From Octopus sinensis (lineage: Eukaryota), in the NCBI RefSeq assembly GCF_006345805.1, contig NC_043000.1, positions 63,426,001-63,490,000 of the forward strand: 64,000 nucleotides of DNA, written 5' to 3'. Below the pieces are notes generated by a model. It saw only the letters and a list, made by a program, of their open reading frames with translations. It searched no databases and was not told the DNA's origin. The position numbers were made by a program, and so were the translations under genes. Of the stretch, positions 11,010-22,210 are shown in pieces; the first letter of the stretch is position 1, and each line of letters starts with the position of its first letter.

Positions 11010-11880
11010 GTTCAAGTTTGCTTTTAAAAAACCTTTGATCGTTGAACACTCATGATGCTCAGTCCAGATGAAGATTTATCAGCCATTGTTAATCTTAACC
11101 TAGGCTTTTCGCTCTTTTCTTAGTATTCTCCACTGTGCTAGTTGATACAGATTATATCAGAGCAATAAATAATCTGTCATACAGAAGGAAATGGTTCAGT
11201 ATTTTTGACTGAAATCTGAAGTCCGTCTTCACATTCATCGTTTTGTTTCTGACTTCCTCGCCAGATTTCGAACCAAGTAATTGTTTCAGATTCTAAGTGT
11301 TCAAATTATTTATTGTTTAAGGATCTTGGCAACCTGCTTCGCCACTTGTAGAGGATGAAATGAATAGAAGCTAAAAGTTTGCAAATTATCCGCAGCACAT
11401 CGACTTTTCAGGGACGATATTATGGAATGTAAATATGGTGCTTAGACTAGTCTACGAAAATATTTCTCTATAGATGAGCCAGCAACATTGAAATGCAATT
11501 TCCGTCGGCTACAAACTCGGTAAGAATTAACTCTATGTCCAATTTTTCTGTCAGTTGTTCGACTTTCGAATGACTTTCATTAAATTATTCTTCTGCTTTT
11601 TGTCTGTGGCCACAGAAAACACTTAAGAATTCTTGGACGTGTTTATAAACTTCTATTACATCAAATTGAACAGCGTGGAGAGCTTGTGTTACAGATTCCA
11701 GCCGTACTGAATAGGTTGAAATTATAATTAGACAGACGAGAAAAGTTACTGTACTTGAAGCACACTCCAGCTGATGAGTTTCTTGGCGTGTTTTATATGA
11801 AGCTGTATACACAACTGATCGAAAAGCTTTCACAGTTAATGGAAAGAATTTCTAGTGTTTTAATAATTTACAGTCCAATG
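11010..11880 (-). pseudogene. hAT transposase remnant (ZMYM1/THAP12-like C-terminal half)
   Basis: Frames give LHAVQFDVIEVYKHVQEFLSVFCGHRQKAEE, EKLDIELI..RVCSRRKLHFNVAGSSIEKYFRRLV*APYLHSIISSLKSR and a decayed dimerisation domain (EPFPSV..RLRLTMADKSSSGLSIMSV). Confidence 0.75.
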
Positions 11881-11887
11881 AGTTTCA

Positions 11888-12132
11888 CAGTAGCGTAGCA
11901 GGATGGTAGCGTAGCAGGGCGGTAGCGTAGCAGGGCGGTAGCGTAGCAGGGCGGTAGCGTAGCAGGGCGGTAGCGTAGCAGGGTGGTACATGAGTACGGT
12001 ACATCGCGGGCTGCACTTCTATGGGGGAGGCAGTTTTGGGTCTGCTGTATAAACATGTAGAGGGTGCAGGGAGCAACAAACTCAAAGGCTGCCCTGGGCG
12101 GCACAGCAGCACACTTTCTAATTATGCTATTG
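11888..12132. mobile_element. hAT-type MITE with an amplified terminus
   Basis: Left TIR CAGTAGCGTAGC. The right end CTAATTATGCTATTG differs from CTAGCTACGCCACTG only by transitions. Putative 8-bp TSD GAGTTTCA/ATGTTTTA (5/8). Confidence 0.6.
11890..11985 (+). repeat. 16-bp minisatellite GTAGCGTAGCAGGGCG x6
   Basis: Six units counted; the first and last are variants. Confidence 0.95.
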
Positions 12133-12594
12133 ATGTTTTATAAGGTAATGGTACATTTGGACAAAGGCATCTCTTTTAACTCTCAAGGAAAAAATTATGT
12201 TATTTAAACTGTACTAACAAAATCCCTTATTTCATGAACTGCTTGCAGACCATTTGCAATGAGATTTAGTTTATGTGCGGCACAATGAACAAATGCAGAT
12301 TTAATATATTTATTCTTTATTTTATCTTGCACTCCACTTTCCTTTCCTGCCATTGTAGAGCAACCTTCATATGCTTGTAGTTTTTTTTTCTACATTTAGC
12401 CCAAACTTCTAAACGGTTGCATTGGCAATAGAAACCACATCCGATCTACTTAATTGTTACGACAAGGAATATTATTAGATTTAGTTAATTTACACCAAAA
12501 TGACAACTGATCTTTCCCATTTATGTTATTACATTCATCAGCAATTATTTAAAATCCAAATGAAAAAAATATCCTCTTTATTATTTCTTCATAG

Positions 12595-12694
12595 AATTTG
12601 ATCAGTTCATTTTCAACATAGACGCAAACGAGCAAGTGAAGAATTTTCTAGATGATTTTGAAGCATTTTATCTTCCGGTTCCAACAAGGAACCT
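12595..12694 (+). CDS. Candidate 100-bp internal exon of an unidentified gene
   Basis: Acceptor CTCTTTATTATTTCTTCATAG and donor CT|GTAAAG. Open frame (E)FDQFIFNIDANEQVKNFLDDFEAFYLPVPTRN(L). No homologue recognised. Confidence 0.3.
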
Positions 12695-13573
12695 GTAAAG
12701 GATTTGCTCATTTATATTTACACCTTTCCTCATGTATAATAATGTCATGGGTACAGTTTGATACATTATAAAACTGTAGAGTATTAGAAATGATTTCATT
12801 CTGTTCGATTTTTTACCTATTACTTCACATCCCTATCGAGCTGACTCTGAATGCTCTGGTAGCTATAAAGTTTGTTACAGCTGACATATATTTTGTACAG
12901 TTACGAAAGTCGTTATACTACGTAAAAGGTGAAACAAAAATGGTACCGTGTAACCCATTATGAACAGGCTATGGAAGAGGTGTGCAATATTTGCAGAATG
13001 TTGTTGTCATAAGGGAAAATTATCTGAGTCTGACTGAATCTGTGCAACAAGTTTGCTTTATCTTTTTGTAACATTTCACCAGAAATTTGTGCTTTAGATT
13101 ACTTGTTAGTTATCTTGACGAATTAAAATATCATCAGTATCATCAAGACATGAGCACTATGTCCACTATAGGCATCTGTTAACTATAATATGGAGCAGGT
13201 GCTTCAATGAAGTTTTACTTCCATCCAATTTACTATTTTCGCTTCTTCATAAACTTTCTAATGTCCAATTACGAAAAAAAATGTTACTTCAGAACGAATT
13301 TAGATTATCCAGTAATACTGCAATGCACAATCACAACAATGTAAAAATAACTTAATCTAAAATACAGTTCCTTAAGACTAGCATCATTATTATATAAAAC
13401 CATTGCGATGTTAAAATAGCGGCTTGGTCTAAAAGCGCGGTATCGTGACACTAGTATCAATGTAATGCTCTACTAAGTAAAATTAGCAAATTCATCTAAA
13501 CTCACAGACTCACCATACAGTGAAGCAAGAATCTTAGTGTGAAATTATGAATCTGTGAAACAAAATCAATACA

Positions 13574-13772
13574 AGGCGGTGAGCTGGCAAAATCGTTAGC
13601 ACGCCGGCCGAAATGCTTAGCACGATTTCGTTTGCCGCTACGTTCTGAGTTCAGATTCCGCCGACGTCGACTTTGCCTTTCAGTCTTCCGGAGTCGATAA
13701 ATTAAATACCAGTGAAACACTAGTCCTTTCCCCTCAGGTTTCAGGCCTTGTGCTTTAGTAGAACAGATTATT
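13574..13772 (+). mobile_element. SINE-A (tail A2)
   Basis: A head and body, with tail TTTCAGGCCTTGTGCTTTAGTAGAA. Confidence 0.85.
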
Positions 13773-13884
13773 GAATATCAGTACCGCAGCAAAAATTGTA
13801 CCAATATTTCAAAAATTTAAACAATAGGAAAAGTTCAGAAAAATAATTAATTTAGAGTATTTATGTTATTAGTATAATATTTTA

Positions 13885-14240
13885 TTTATTGGGCTGTCAG
13901 ATAAATTCATTCATTTCTTTTTAGTGTTAATTGAATTAACACGAAAAATACTTTTTCTCCTCGCTTTCAATCAAGGTTCCACAGCTTCCACAGCCGCTCG
14001 AAACATTTGTAAAATGAAAGAACTGTTTATAAATTATTTTCATGCTGCAAAGACGGGAAATTCGATCTCACAAATACTCCGTGTTCCGGCCGACCTGTTC
14101 TGTTCAATTGAACCAGCTTGTCTACGAGAACTCGCGGCTTATCCATCAAGCAGATGGGACACCTTCATGATATCGTCGTCTGTTACCTTCACTCGCTGGG
14201 TAAGGTCTAAAAATTTGATGCATAGGTGAGAGCCAAACTC
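13885..14240 (+). pseudogene. Old mariner 5' remnant
   Basis: LLAFNQGSTASTAARNIC, GKFDLTNTPCSGRP, RELA and LHSLGKV*KFDA*V resemble the Mos1/SETMAR-type N-terminus and WVPHEL region. Confidence 0.7.
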
Positions 14241-14689
14241 CAGCGTTCGTCCATCGCTACCAGTCTGCTCGCTTAACACCAGCTGTTATTGAACACAGAA
14301 ATTTGTGTAAATGGTGCTTTTACGTAAATATGTATCAGAGAAAACAATGGCCGAGTTCCAGGAAGTAAGCAACACCTCGAGCCAAGCCAGAGCTACATAC
14401 ACGCAATACAATGGTTTGTGTTTGGCGGGATTGTCAAGGACTGATAAACTAAGAAGTGTTTAAAAATCGTCAATGCAGAGTTTTATGTTCAGAGCAAATG
14501 CACTGGCTCAACGAGGCAATCCCACAGAAGCAAACTGACAGGCGAACTGACGGTGCGCTTAAAACTATTGACCTTGAGTCACCCTGTTGCTTCTGCTAAA
14601 TATTAATAAAAATACACATATACTCATATGTTGAGTTCTATTACTCCTCTTTGCATCACCTTAACCATACCTACACACACACATGCATG

Positions 14690-14850
14690 CGTACGTATGT
14701 ATGTATGTATGTATGTATGTATGTATGTATGTATGTATGTATGTATGTATGTATGTATGTAGGTAGGTAGGTAGGTAGGTAGGTAGGTGGGTAGGTAGGT
14801 ACGTAGGTAGGTAAGTACGAAGGTAGGTATGCAGGTAGGTGGGTAGGTAG
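14690..14850. repeat. (TATG)n/(TAGG)n microsatellite
   Basis: Seen directly. Confidence 0.95.
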
Positions 14851-15414
14851 GTATAAAACTGTTGCAGACTTTGTTTTAATTATGAATAACACATTTATCA
14901 AGACACTCAGAAATTTAAATATGCTTTGAAAAATCTCTAATGAGCCTAGATACTACTTACGGCTAAGACCAAGAGCGTCACATATATTCTTAACATCTTA
15001 AAGTAAAGTTTCTTAATAGACATTCAACTAAATACACGATAAGTTAGTAATGCAGCGAGCAGGTGAGGTCACACTCGAAATAGGGGTGCTTAGAGAACAA
15101 GGACAAGATCAGGTAAGGTGGAGTTACGAGAGGGTCATGTCGTGCTATGAAACATTTCAAATCTTGCCTGAAAGAAAATTTACTCGGTGATCTTAAAACA
15201 ATAGATTTCTGCTTGACTGCATTTTTTTTTTCTGCTGGTGTAACGAGAGTGCTGGTTGAATTAAGTTTTAGAAAAAAGTTATCAGGGGATGCATTATTAT
15301 AAAAATGGCTTTGGGCGCTAATAAATACACTGGTGCCGATTCTGCTGACTGACACTGCTTCGATAATAATGGAGTAAATTAATGTCTAAATGTAGATAAG
15401 TTGATGGCCTAATA

Positions 15415-16029
15415 CAGTGGTTCTCAAACTATATTTGTCGAAGAGCCCTTACATGATTTTATTAAACATTTGTAGGATTTTCGTTATCTATCTCTGTGTG
15501 ATATCTGCATTTGTAGGGTACTTCACACATTTCCCTACAATGTTGTAGAAATGAATAAAACGGCAGGAACACGAATAGCTGAACAAATAACAATAATAGT
15601 TTAGTATTTCACAGAAGGAGATATTTCATCGCTGGTCATTGGTAGTATGAACGCCTGGGTTAAGAAGTCAGCAGAGTCGGATTAAAATCACCATGGTTAA
15701 AACAGTCTTCACCGCCCGCGCAGTCTGGTTCGCTCTTCGAGTCTGGTTCGCCCCTTCGCTTGGAGCCTTGTCGGGACACGTCTTAATTCATCGACCGCCA
15801 AGTGCCAAAAGACTTGGAATAGCAGGAAATGCTAACTGCTCCTTATTACTGCACATGCGCATCAGGTGTCTTCCGGCGGCCTACCGGAAGATACCAAATA
15901 TTGCACGTGCGCAGATGGACATCCTAAAATGGCGTCTAAAATCTGGCGTCACTACACATTTTATCCTACAAAATCACATAATTTTTTCACAAGATCTTTT
16001 TTTCTCGGAATTCACTTTGAGAAACTCTG
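15415..16029. mobile_element. hAT-Charlie-type non-autonomous element (about 615 bp)
   Basis: Left TIR CAGTGGTTCTCAAAC. Right TIR CTTTGAGAAACTCTG (reverse complement CAGAGTTTCTCAAAG). 8-bp TSD GCCTAATA/GCCTACTG (6/8, central TA). Confidence 0.7.
15848..15940. promoter_or_regulatory. NRF1-like / inverted ETS pair / NRF1-like / YY1-like motif cassette inside the MITE
   Basis: TGCACATGCGCA, TCTTCCGG-N7-CCGGAAGA, TGCACGTGCGCA and AAAATGGCGTC within about 90 bp. Confidence 0.45.
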
Positions 16030-16117
16030 GCCTACTGGATAAGAGCGTGACTACTCTTAGTTTAAAAATAAAGGACTACTGTGCGATTCCAGTCTGGTAT
16101 GATGTACAGTTTCTTTC

Positions 16118-16318
16118 ATTTCTAGGTACAAGGCCAGAAATTTTAAGGGAGGGAGTAAGTCGATTACATTGATCCCAGTGCTCAGTCGGTATCTATTTCA
16201 TCGACCCCAAAGGCAAAGTCGACCACTGCGGAATTTGAACTGAGAACGTAAAACCGGAAGAAATAACCGCAAAGCATTTTGTCCGGCGTGTTAACGATTC
16301 TCCTAGTTCACTGCCCTT
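16118..16318 (-). mobile_element. SINE-A2
   Basis: Reverse complement of the A head and body, with an A2 tail. Confidence 0.8.
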
Positions 16319-17690
16319 TGGTATTTTGTATATTACCAAACATAAGACTGTTGACATTAGAAGACTGACATATAGAGTAGATGTAGATATAAAGAAACTT
16401 TAAATGTGAGTTTAAAAAATTAGGTACAATTTAATCGCATTATCAAGTTAAATATATCGCGATATCTGCTTTTCCAATTTGCAGTCTGAGTTCAAAGCCA
16501 ATGTTGTTTGTCACCCCACCCAAAATTTGTTTTAAGTGAAATGAGATCAATTTTGTTTTTATCTAATAACTGAGAATTAGAAAGAAAAATAGTGAAATGC
16601 CTATGTGTCTTACGATATTTATTTTTAGCCTTCTACATTCTGCATTTAAATTGACTTTACCTTTCATTCTTCCAACCCCTACGTGTTTTCCTGACCTGCT
16701 AGAAATGACAGTGAAATCTCCTCGAATTGTCGTTTAGCACCAAATCAATTAATCATTTAGTAGGCCTATGTTCAAGGGCATTCCAACTATGTTTCATTCA
16801 TTTTTTTCCTTTTTAGACAAAAAGGGTTGATTTAAATAATCAACACACTGAATATTTTTGTTCAAGACAGAGTAAGTCTGAAAAAATTCGGTATTTTTAT
16901 CTTGGTTAGAATAACTTTGATCATAGGTCTGTTCGATGTTAGGACTAAAATATAGCAAAGATATATTTGTGGTAAATTACATAAATATTATTATTTAAAG
17001 TTGAGAATCACGACATTAAATTTCTTTGATTTGTATACCAAATACAAATAACCAATGTTTATTAGTTATTTTCATCCAACGCAATATTTTATCTTATGAG
17101 AAGAACAACTAAATATGATACTGATACCATGGGGCTGGTAGCACATAGAGTGAGTGCATATGTACGGCTTATTACTTCAACAATAGGAAACACAGAAATG
17201 GAAAATAGAACTTGACATTTATAAAACAATTATATTTAGATGATTAGAAATAATGTATGTTCTGTATTATATCATTATAACAACATATATCATATTACAT
17301 GATATATGTTCAGGCACGCACTACTGTTTGTATATAAATATAAGGAGAACGTGCGCGCGTATGTATGCGTGCGTATGAGTGTGTGTATGTATGTGCGTGT
17401 GTATCTGTGTATATGCATGTGTTTCTGTGTGTGTATGTGTTTCAACACGTATGTGCTAAAAACAGAAAAAGAAAGCATTTTTATTTCTGATTTAATGCAT
17501 AGTTCCTGTTTGTATAGTAAAGATTACAGGCGTATACAATATATTACTTGTAGTTGTCTTTTCTTATCGTTTTTTTATTCTCATTCTTATAATTCAGCCA
17601 ATAAAGATTGCATCGATTCCGAACAAACGTGCACAAGAATTGTGAAGACGAGTCATCGATGGAGCCTGAATGTAAACAGCCAATTCTCCC

Positions 17691-17735
<45 letters not shown>

Positions 17736-18696
17736 CCTTAAATCAACCCTTTTTGTCCAAAAAAGAAAAGTAAATGAAATAGTTGGAGTGCCCTTGAACA
17801 TAAGGCTACTAAATGATTAATTGATTTGGTTTCTAAACGACAATTATAATTCTAAAGATTTCACATGATGAATTTCTTGTTTTCTTTTTACTTGCTGAGT
17901 GTTCTTTTTACTTGCCTTCACAAGCTGTCCGGAACGGGTGAGAATGATGCCATTAATATTCCGCTTAACCTGGTTCAAGTTCAACTACAGCAAAGATTCA
18001 CATATTTTTTATCACCACTTATCTAACTGAATTTAAAGAAATTTAGTTAGATTTAGTGTCTAAATCTATGTAAATCCGGACATGGGCAACATTTTTTTGA
18101 GAAGCCGGTCGCACAACTAAAAAGATTCCAAGGTAAATTTTCCTTCGGCATACCATTAAGAAAGCCCCGTAGGACCCAGTTGCCCACGACTGATTTAGAC
18201 TGACAGGATCCTGGATCATGTAGCACACGCGAAAGTCACGCACGGTTATCAGTAATCTTTCTCATCATGTTTCTCCATCGACTGATAACTCTTGATCATC
18301 GTCATGAGGCACCAGTCAATTTTTGAGCAGCCTCTTTGCCTTGTCACTTTTTTGTCCTTCTCCACAACCTAACTCTTGTCTTTCTGATTCGTGGGAATAT
18401 CATAGTATGGATCAGCTAGCTGAAACATTTGTATCGAAATGATGTTATTGCTGTTTATCGTCTTGTCGGTCCTCATCTAGCCGACCATAGACATACTATC
18501 CAATGCTTTTCTGCTATGAACAACACGTCCATGGTAGAATAATATTTCTTCTATACACATCCAGCTTTTTTCTTTATTTCTTTCAGGCAGTGTACTGCTA
18601 ACAAAATTCCTCCAATGTGTCCTTTATTAAGTCTATAGAATGTACTTTAAAGGATATTTGTCCTCCACTTCCAGCAGATTAGGTGACCAGGTAGAG

Positions 18697-19038
18697 CAGT
18701 GGTTCTCAACTTGGGTCCATATGACCTCTTGTGGTCCATATAAGATTTGGTGGACCCCACAAGCAAAATAGTAAATTGAGGACACCTAGTAGTATTTTAT
18801 GGTTTCATGAAAAAATTTCGCTTTAGATGTATTTATTGTAAGAAGCATCAAGGTTTCTTTCTCTGCCGTTTTACGTATTTCATCCTACACAAGTAAACGT
18901 ATGATAGACAAAATAGGAATTTTGTAAGGAGTCTATGAAACTAATTTTTAAACATCGAATGGCTATGGAGATCCACCGGAATAAAATAGTAATCAAAAGG
19001 GTCGATAGACAAAAAAAAAAAATGGTTGAAGACCACTG
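18697..19038. mobile_element. hAT-Charlie-type MITE (342 bp)
   Basis: TIRs CAGTGGTTCTCAAC and GTTGAAGACCACTG (12/14). 8-bp TSD AGGTAGAG/ATGTAGAG (7/8). Confidence 0.85.
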
Positions 19039-19840
19039 ATGTAGAGGTTCATTCATTGGACCGAGCTGCATAAACCAAAGAACAATCAGAACCCAGTGGA
19101 CATGAGTAGTTTCTTGGTTTATGCAACTCCAGACTGCGCTTAATTGCAAATATCCTTGCAATAAGTAAATAAAATGTCCCTCTATGGGTGTTTCAATACT
19201 GCCATTGTGATAAAATAATAATACACAACAGTGACGTTGGAATTTCTGTTCTATACTGTATCAACTGTAAATGGATCTCGTCGGTTGCTACTATGAGTAA
19301 TCAGTTGTCCAATCAAATGAACTACCTGCTCATTGGAGTTCTAAGTGATTGCGCATTTCCAGACATGTGTACCGTTAAACATAATTCTCTGGTAGAATCC
19401 CTGTCATAAGATGTCTGACAAAGCAAGACCATAAATTACAAGTGAAAACCTTCCGAAGGGACCTCATCATCGTAATTCCCATTTACCCTGTTTCACTCTC
19501 TAGGTGTGGGTAGACCCGAGACTAAGGTAAAAAAAAAACTTGTTCAATATTCCAAGCAGTGAGATCGAACCCGGGATTTCATGAATCACGAAGTGAATTT
19601 CTTAGCTATTCAGCTGCCAAAGTACTCACGCAAGCACGAAAGCACACACACACACACACACACACAACACACACACACACACAATATGTACACATATGTG
19701 CACGCACATATATACACATACATATACATGCTCACATACACACGCGCACATACATACATATACGCACACAAACATACACTCACACACCTACACACACACA
19801 TACACACACACACATACACACACACACGCGCGCGCGCGCA

Positions 19841-20045
19841 CAAGTTGATAATTTTTTATCCAAAATGATTGGAACCAGATGTGTTTCGGATTTTGAATTT
19901 TCTGAATTTCAGTATGATTGTATATTTGTATTTATAAAATGGGGCAGCCTTGGCATGGGATCCAAGTCTAAACACATTATCATTGACATTTCATAAAGAG
20001 CTTATACAAATACAGGTAAGGTAGTTTTATATAAAGTTGATAACC
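19841..20045 (+). mobile_element. Tigger/pogo-derived MITE fragment resembling MER46C
   Basis: CAAGTTGATAATTTTTTATCCAAAATGATTGGAACCAGATGTGTTTCGGATTTT..ATGGGATCCAAGTCTAAACAC..CTTATACAAATACAGGTAAGGTAGTTTTATA. Compared with the MER46C consensus from memory only. Confidence 0.55.
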
Positions 20046-20170
20046 TTCCTGTTATACTTGGCATGTAACAATTTCACTTATGCAATATTTCGCTTTTCAC
20101 CCAAACAAATCTACCTATTAGAGTTTCACCTTATTTACATGTATACACGTTACATGTATTTAATAATATA

Positions 20171-20433
20171 AATAATAAAAATAAATGCCCCCTTTTAAAG
20201 CCTAACCTGGCTCATGGGCCCGGTTTCCCGGTTTCAATGGCGTATGTGTTCCCCAGCTGGACGGGACGCCAGTCCATCGCAGCGTTACTAATTTTTGCCA
20301 GCTGAGTGGACTGGAGCAACGTGAAATGAAGTGTTTTGCTCAAGAACACAACGCGTCGCTCGGTCCAGGAATCGAAACCCCAATCTTACGATCATGATGC
20401 TGACACCCTAACCACTAAGCCACGCGCCTCCAC
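20171..20433 (-). mobile_element. SINE-C (tail C1), full length
   Basis: A box TGGCTTAGTGG, B box GTTTCGATTCC, CORE-like TTGAGCAAAACACTT. TSD ATTTAATAATATA/ATTTAATATTATA (12/13). Confidence 0.9.
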
Positions 20434-20457
20434 ATTTAATATTATACTTTTTCTTAA

Positions 20458-20686
20458 GGCGGTTAGCTGGCAGAACCGTTAGCACGCAGGGGGAAAATGT
20501 TTAGCGAAATTTCGTCCGTCTTTACCTTTACGTTGTAAGTTCAAATTCCGACAAGGTCAACTTTGTTTTTCATGCCTTTCGAGATCGATAAAAACAAGCA
20601 CCAGTTGAACACTGGGTTTGATCTAATCGACGTATACCTCCGCTGAAATTGCTGGTCTTGTACCAAAACTTGAAAACAATATTATA
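20458..20686 (+). mobile_element. SINE-A2
   Basis: A head and body, with tail AAATTGCTGGTCTTGTACCAAAACTTGAAA. Confidence 0.85.
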
Positions 20687-21283
20687 CTTCATTTATATAC
20701 AAGTTCAGATGAACGTTTTTTCCTTCTGCTCCTTCACCTCCTCTTAGTTCATTAAACTCCTTCACCTCACTCTCGACTTTACCTGCTTCTCTTCATTCCA
20801 TTCTTCTTTTCATCTACTTTCTACCGTCACATAGTTTCTAGTACCACTTCCTCTTCACGTATAAAGGTCACGTGGCTCTGCGTTCCTTATCAGTTGAAGC
20901 CATTTTTTTTTAAACTTAGAGGATATAAATCTCTACTGTCTCTCATTAGTTAGTCTCTTTCAACTGTTTTCCGAAGAAGGACACTACCCAAACCGATGGA
21001 ATTTCCTGTCCTCCACAGCAAGTTCACTTATCGATTTTACTCTATAGGTCTTGCTGTCACAGATCCAGACCAGCCTCTTTGGAGTCTGCTTGATCTCTTT
21101 CTACTCCTCTGTGGGCCAGTATATGTCCTGGGTATGACTTTAAACTGCTTTCAGTAGTGGAACCTTGGTTCCAAGGTTTCGAAAAGGGTAGAACCACCTC
21201 CATATATATATACCGGAGTAAACACATAAATGTGAAACAAGGTGGAAAAAAGAGTACTCAAATACCAGTGGTAGAGTAATATG

Positions 21284-21441
21284 CTTTATTTAAAGCAGCA
21301 GAAAATTCAACAAAATCTGTTACTCTGAGTTTCTCGTTGCCGTTCATCAGACAGTTTTTTCTAGCAAAAACTGTCTGATGAACGGCAACGAGAAACTCAG
21401 AGTAACAGATTTTGTTGAATTTTCTGCTGCTTTAAATAAAG
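21284..21441. repeat. Perfect 76-bp inverted repeat with a 6-nt spacer (PLE-type terminal remnant)
   Basis: 21284-21359 is the exact reverse complement of 21366-21441. Confidence 0.95.
21367..21412 (+). ncRNA. Minimal hammerhead ribozyme (mirror copy on the minus strand at 21313-21358)
   Basis: AAAACUGU-CUGAUGA-A-CG-GCAA-CG-A-GAAA-CUCAGA-GUA-ACAGAUUUU. The core is intact, stem I is CUGU/ACAG, stem III is palindromic (ACUC-A-GAGU), and the stem II closing pair is A.A. Confidence 0.7.
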
Positions 21442-21443
21442 TA

Positions 21444-21495
<52 letters not shown>

Positions 21496-21673
21496 ATAGT
21501 CATACAAAAGAAGAAAAAGAAAATGGAGGCTTACAGCTGTTTCAATTAAAATTCAATAAATATTAAGTAAATATTAAATTCATATGACGTGAGCATATCT
21601 TCAGAGGGGACAAAATATACCCTTGGATGTTTTATATGTGTTTATGGATTCATTATAGCAGACTGAATGATAC

Positions 21674-21755
<82 letters not shown>

Positions 21756-21826
21756 ATGAGAGAGAGGGGGGAGAGAAAGAAAGAGATATGTACGTATGAG
21801 TGTGTTTATGCATATGTATGTATATT

Positions 21827-21873
<47 letters not shown>

Positions 21874-21874
21874 A

Positions 21875-22179
21875 GGAGCACTCCGTTGGTTACGACGACG
21901 AGGGTCCCAGCTGATATGATCAACAGTACAGCTTACTCGTGAAATTAACATGCAAGTGGCTGAGCACTCCACAGACACGTGTACACTTAACGTAGTTCTG
22001 AATGAGATTCAGTGTGACAAGGTTGGCCTTTAATACAGGTACTACTCATTTTTTAGTGAGCTGAGTGAACTGGAGCAACGTGAAATAAAATGTCTTGCTC
22101 AAGGACACAACGCATTGCCGGGAATTGAACTCATGACCTTACAATCGTGATCCAAATGCCCTAACCACTAAGCCACGCG

Positions 22180-22186
<7 letters not shown>
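21875..22186 (-). mobile_element. SINE-C (tail C2), full length
   Basis: Same head and CORE-like segment as C1, with tail ..GTGGAGTGCTCAGCCACTTGCA..CAACGGAGTGCTCC. Confidence 0.88.

Positions 22187-22210
<24 letters not shown>

Noticed and set aside
15693-16172. 159-aa ORF, and the ATGGCGTCT near 15930, as the start of a host gene
   Set aside because: It lies largely inside a hAT MITE defined by TIRs and a TSD and runs into a SINE. No splice donor or recognisable domain was found.
21060-21135. RNase H-like peptide PGHILAHRGVERDQADSKEA
   Set aside because: Motif spacing does not fit WxPGHxGxxGNExAD, and no flanking RT similarity was seen.
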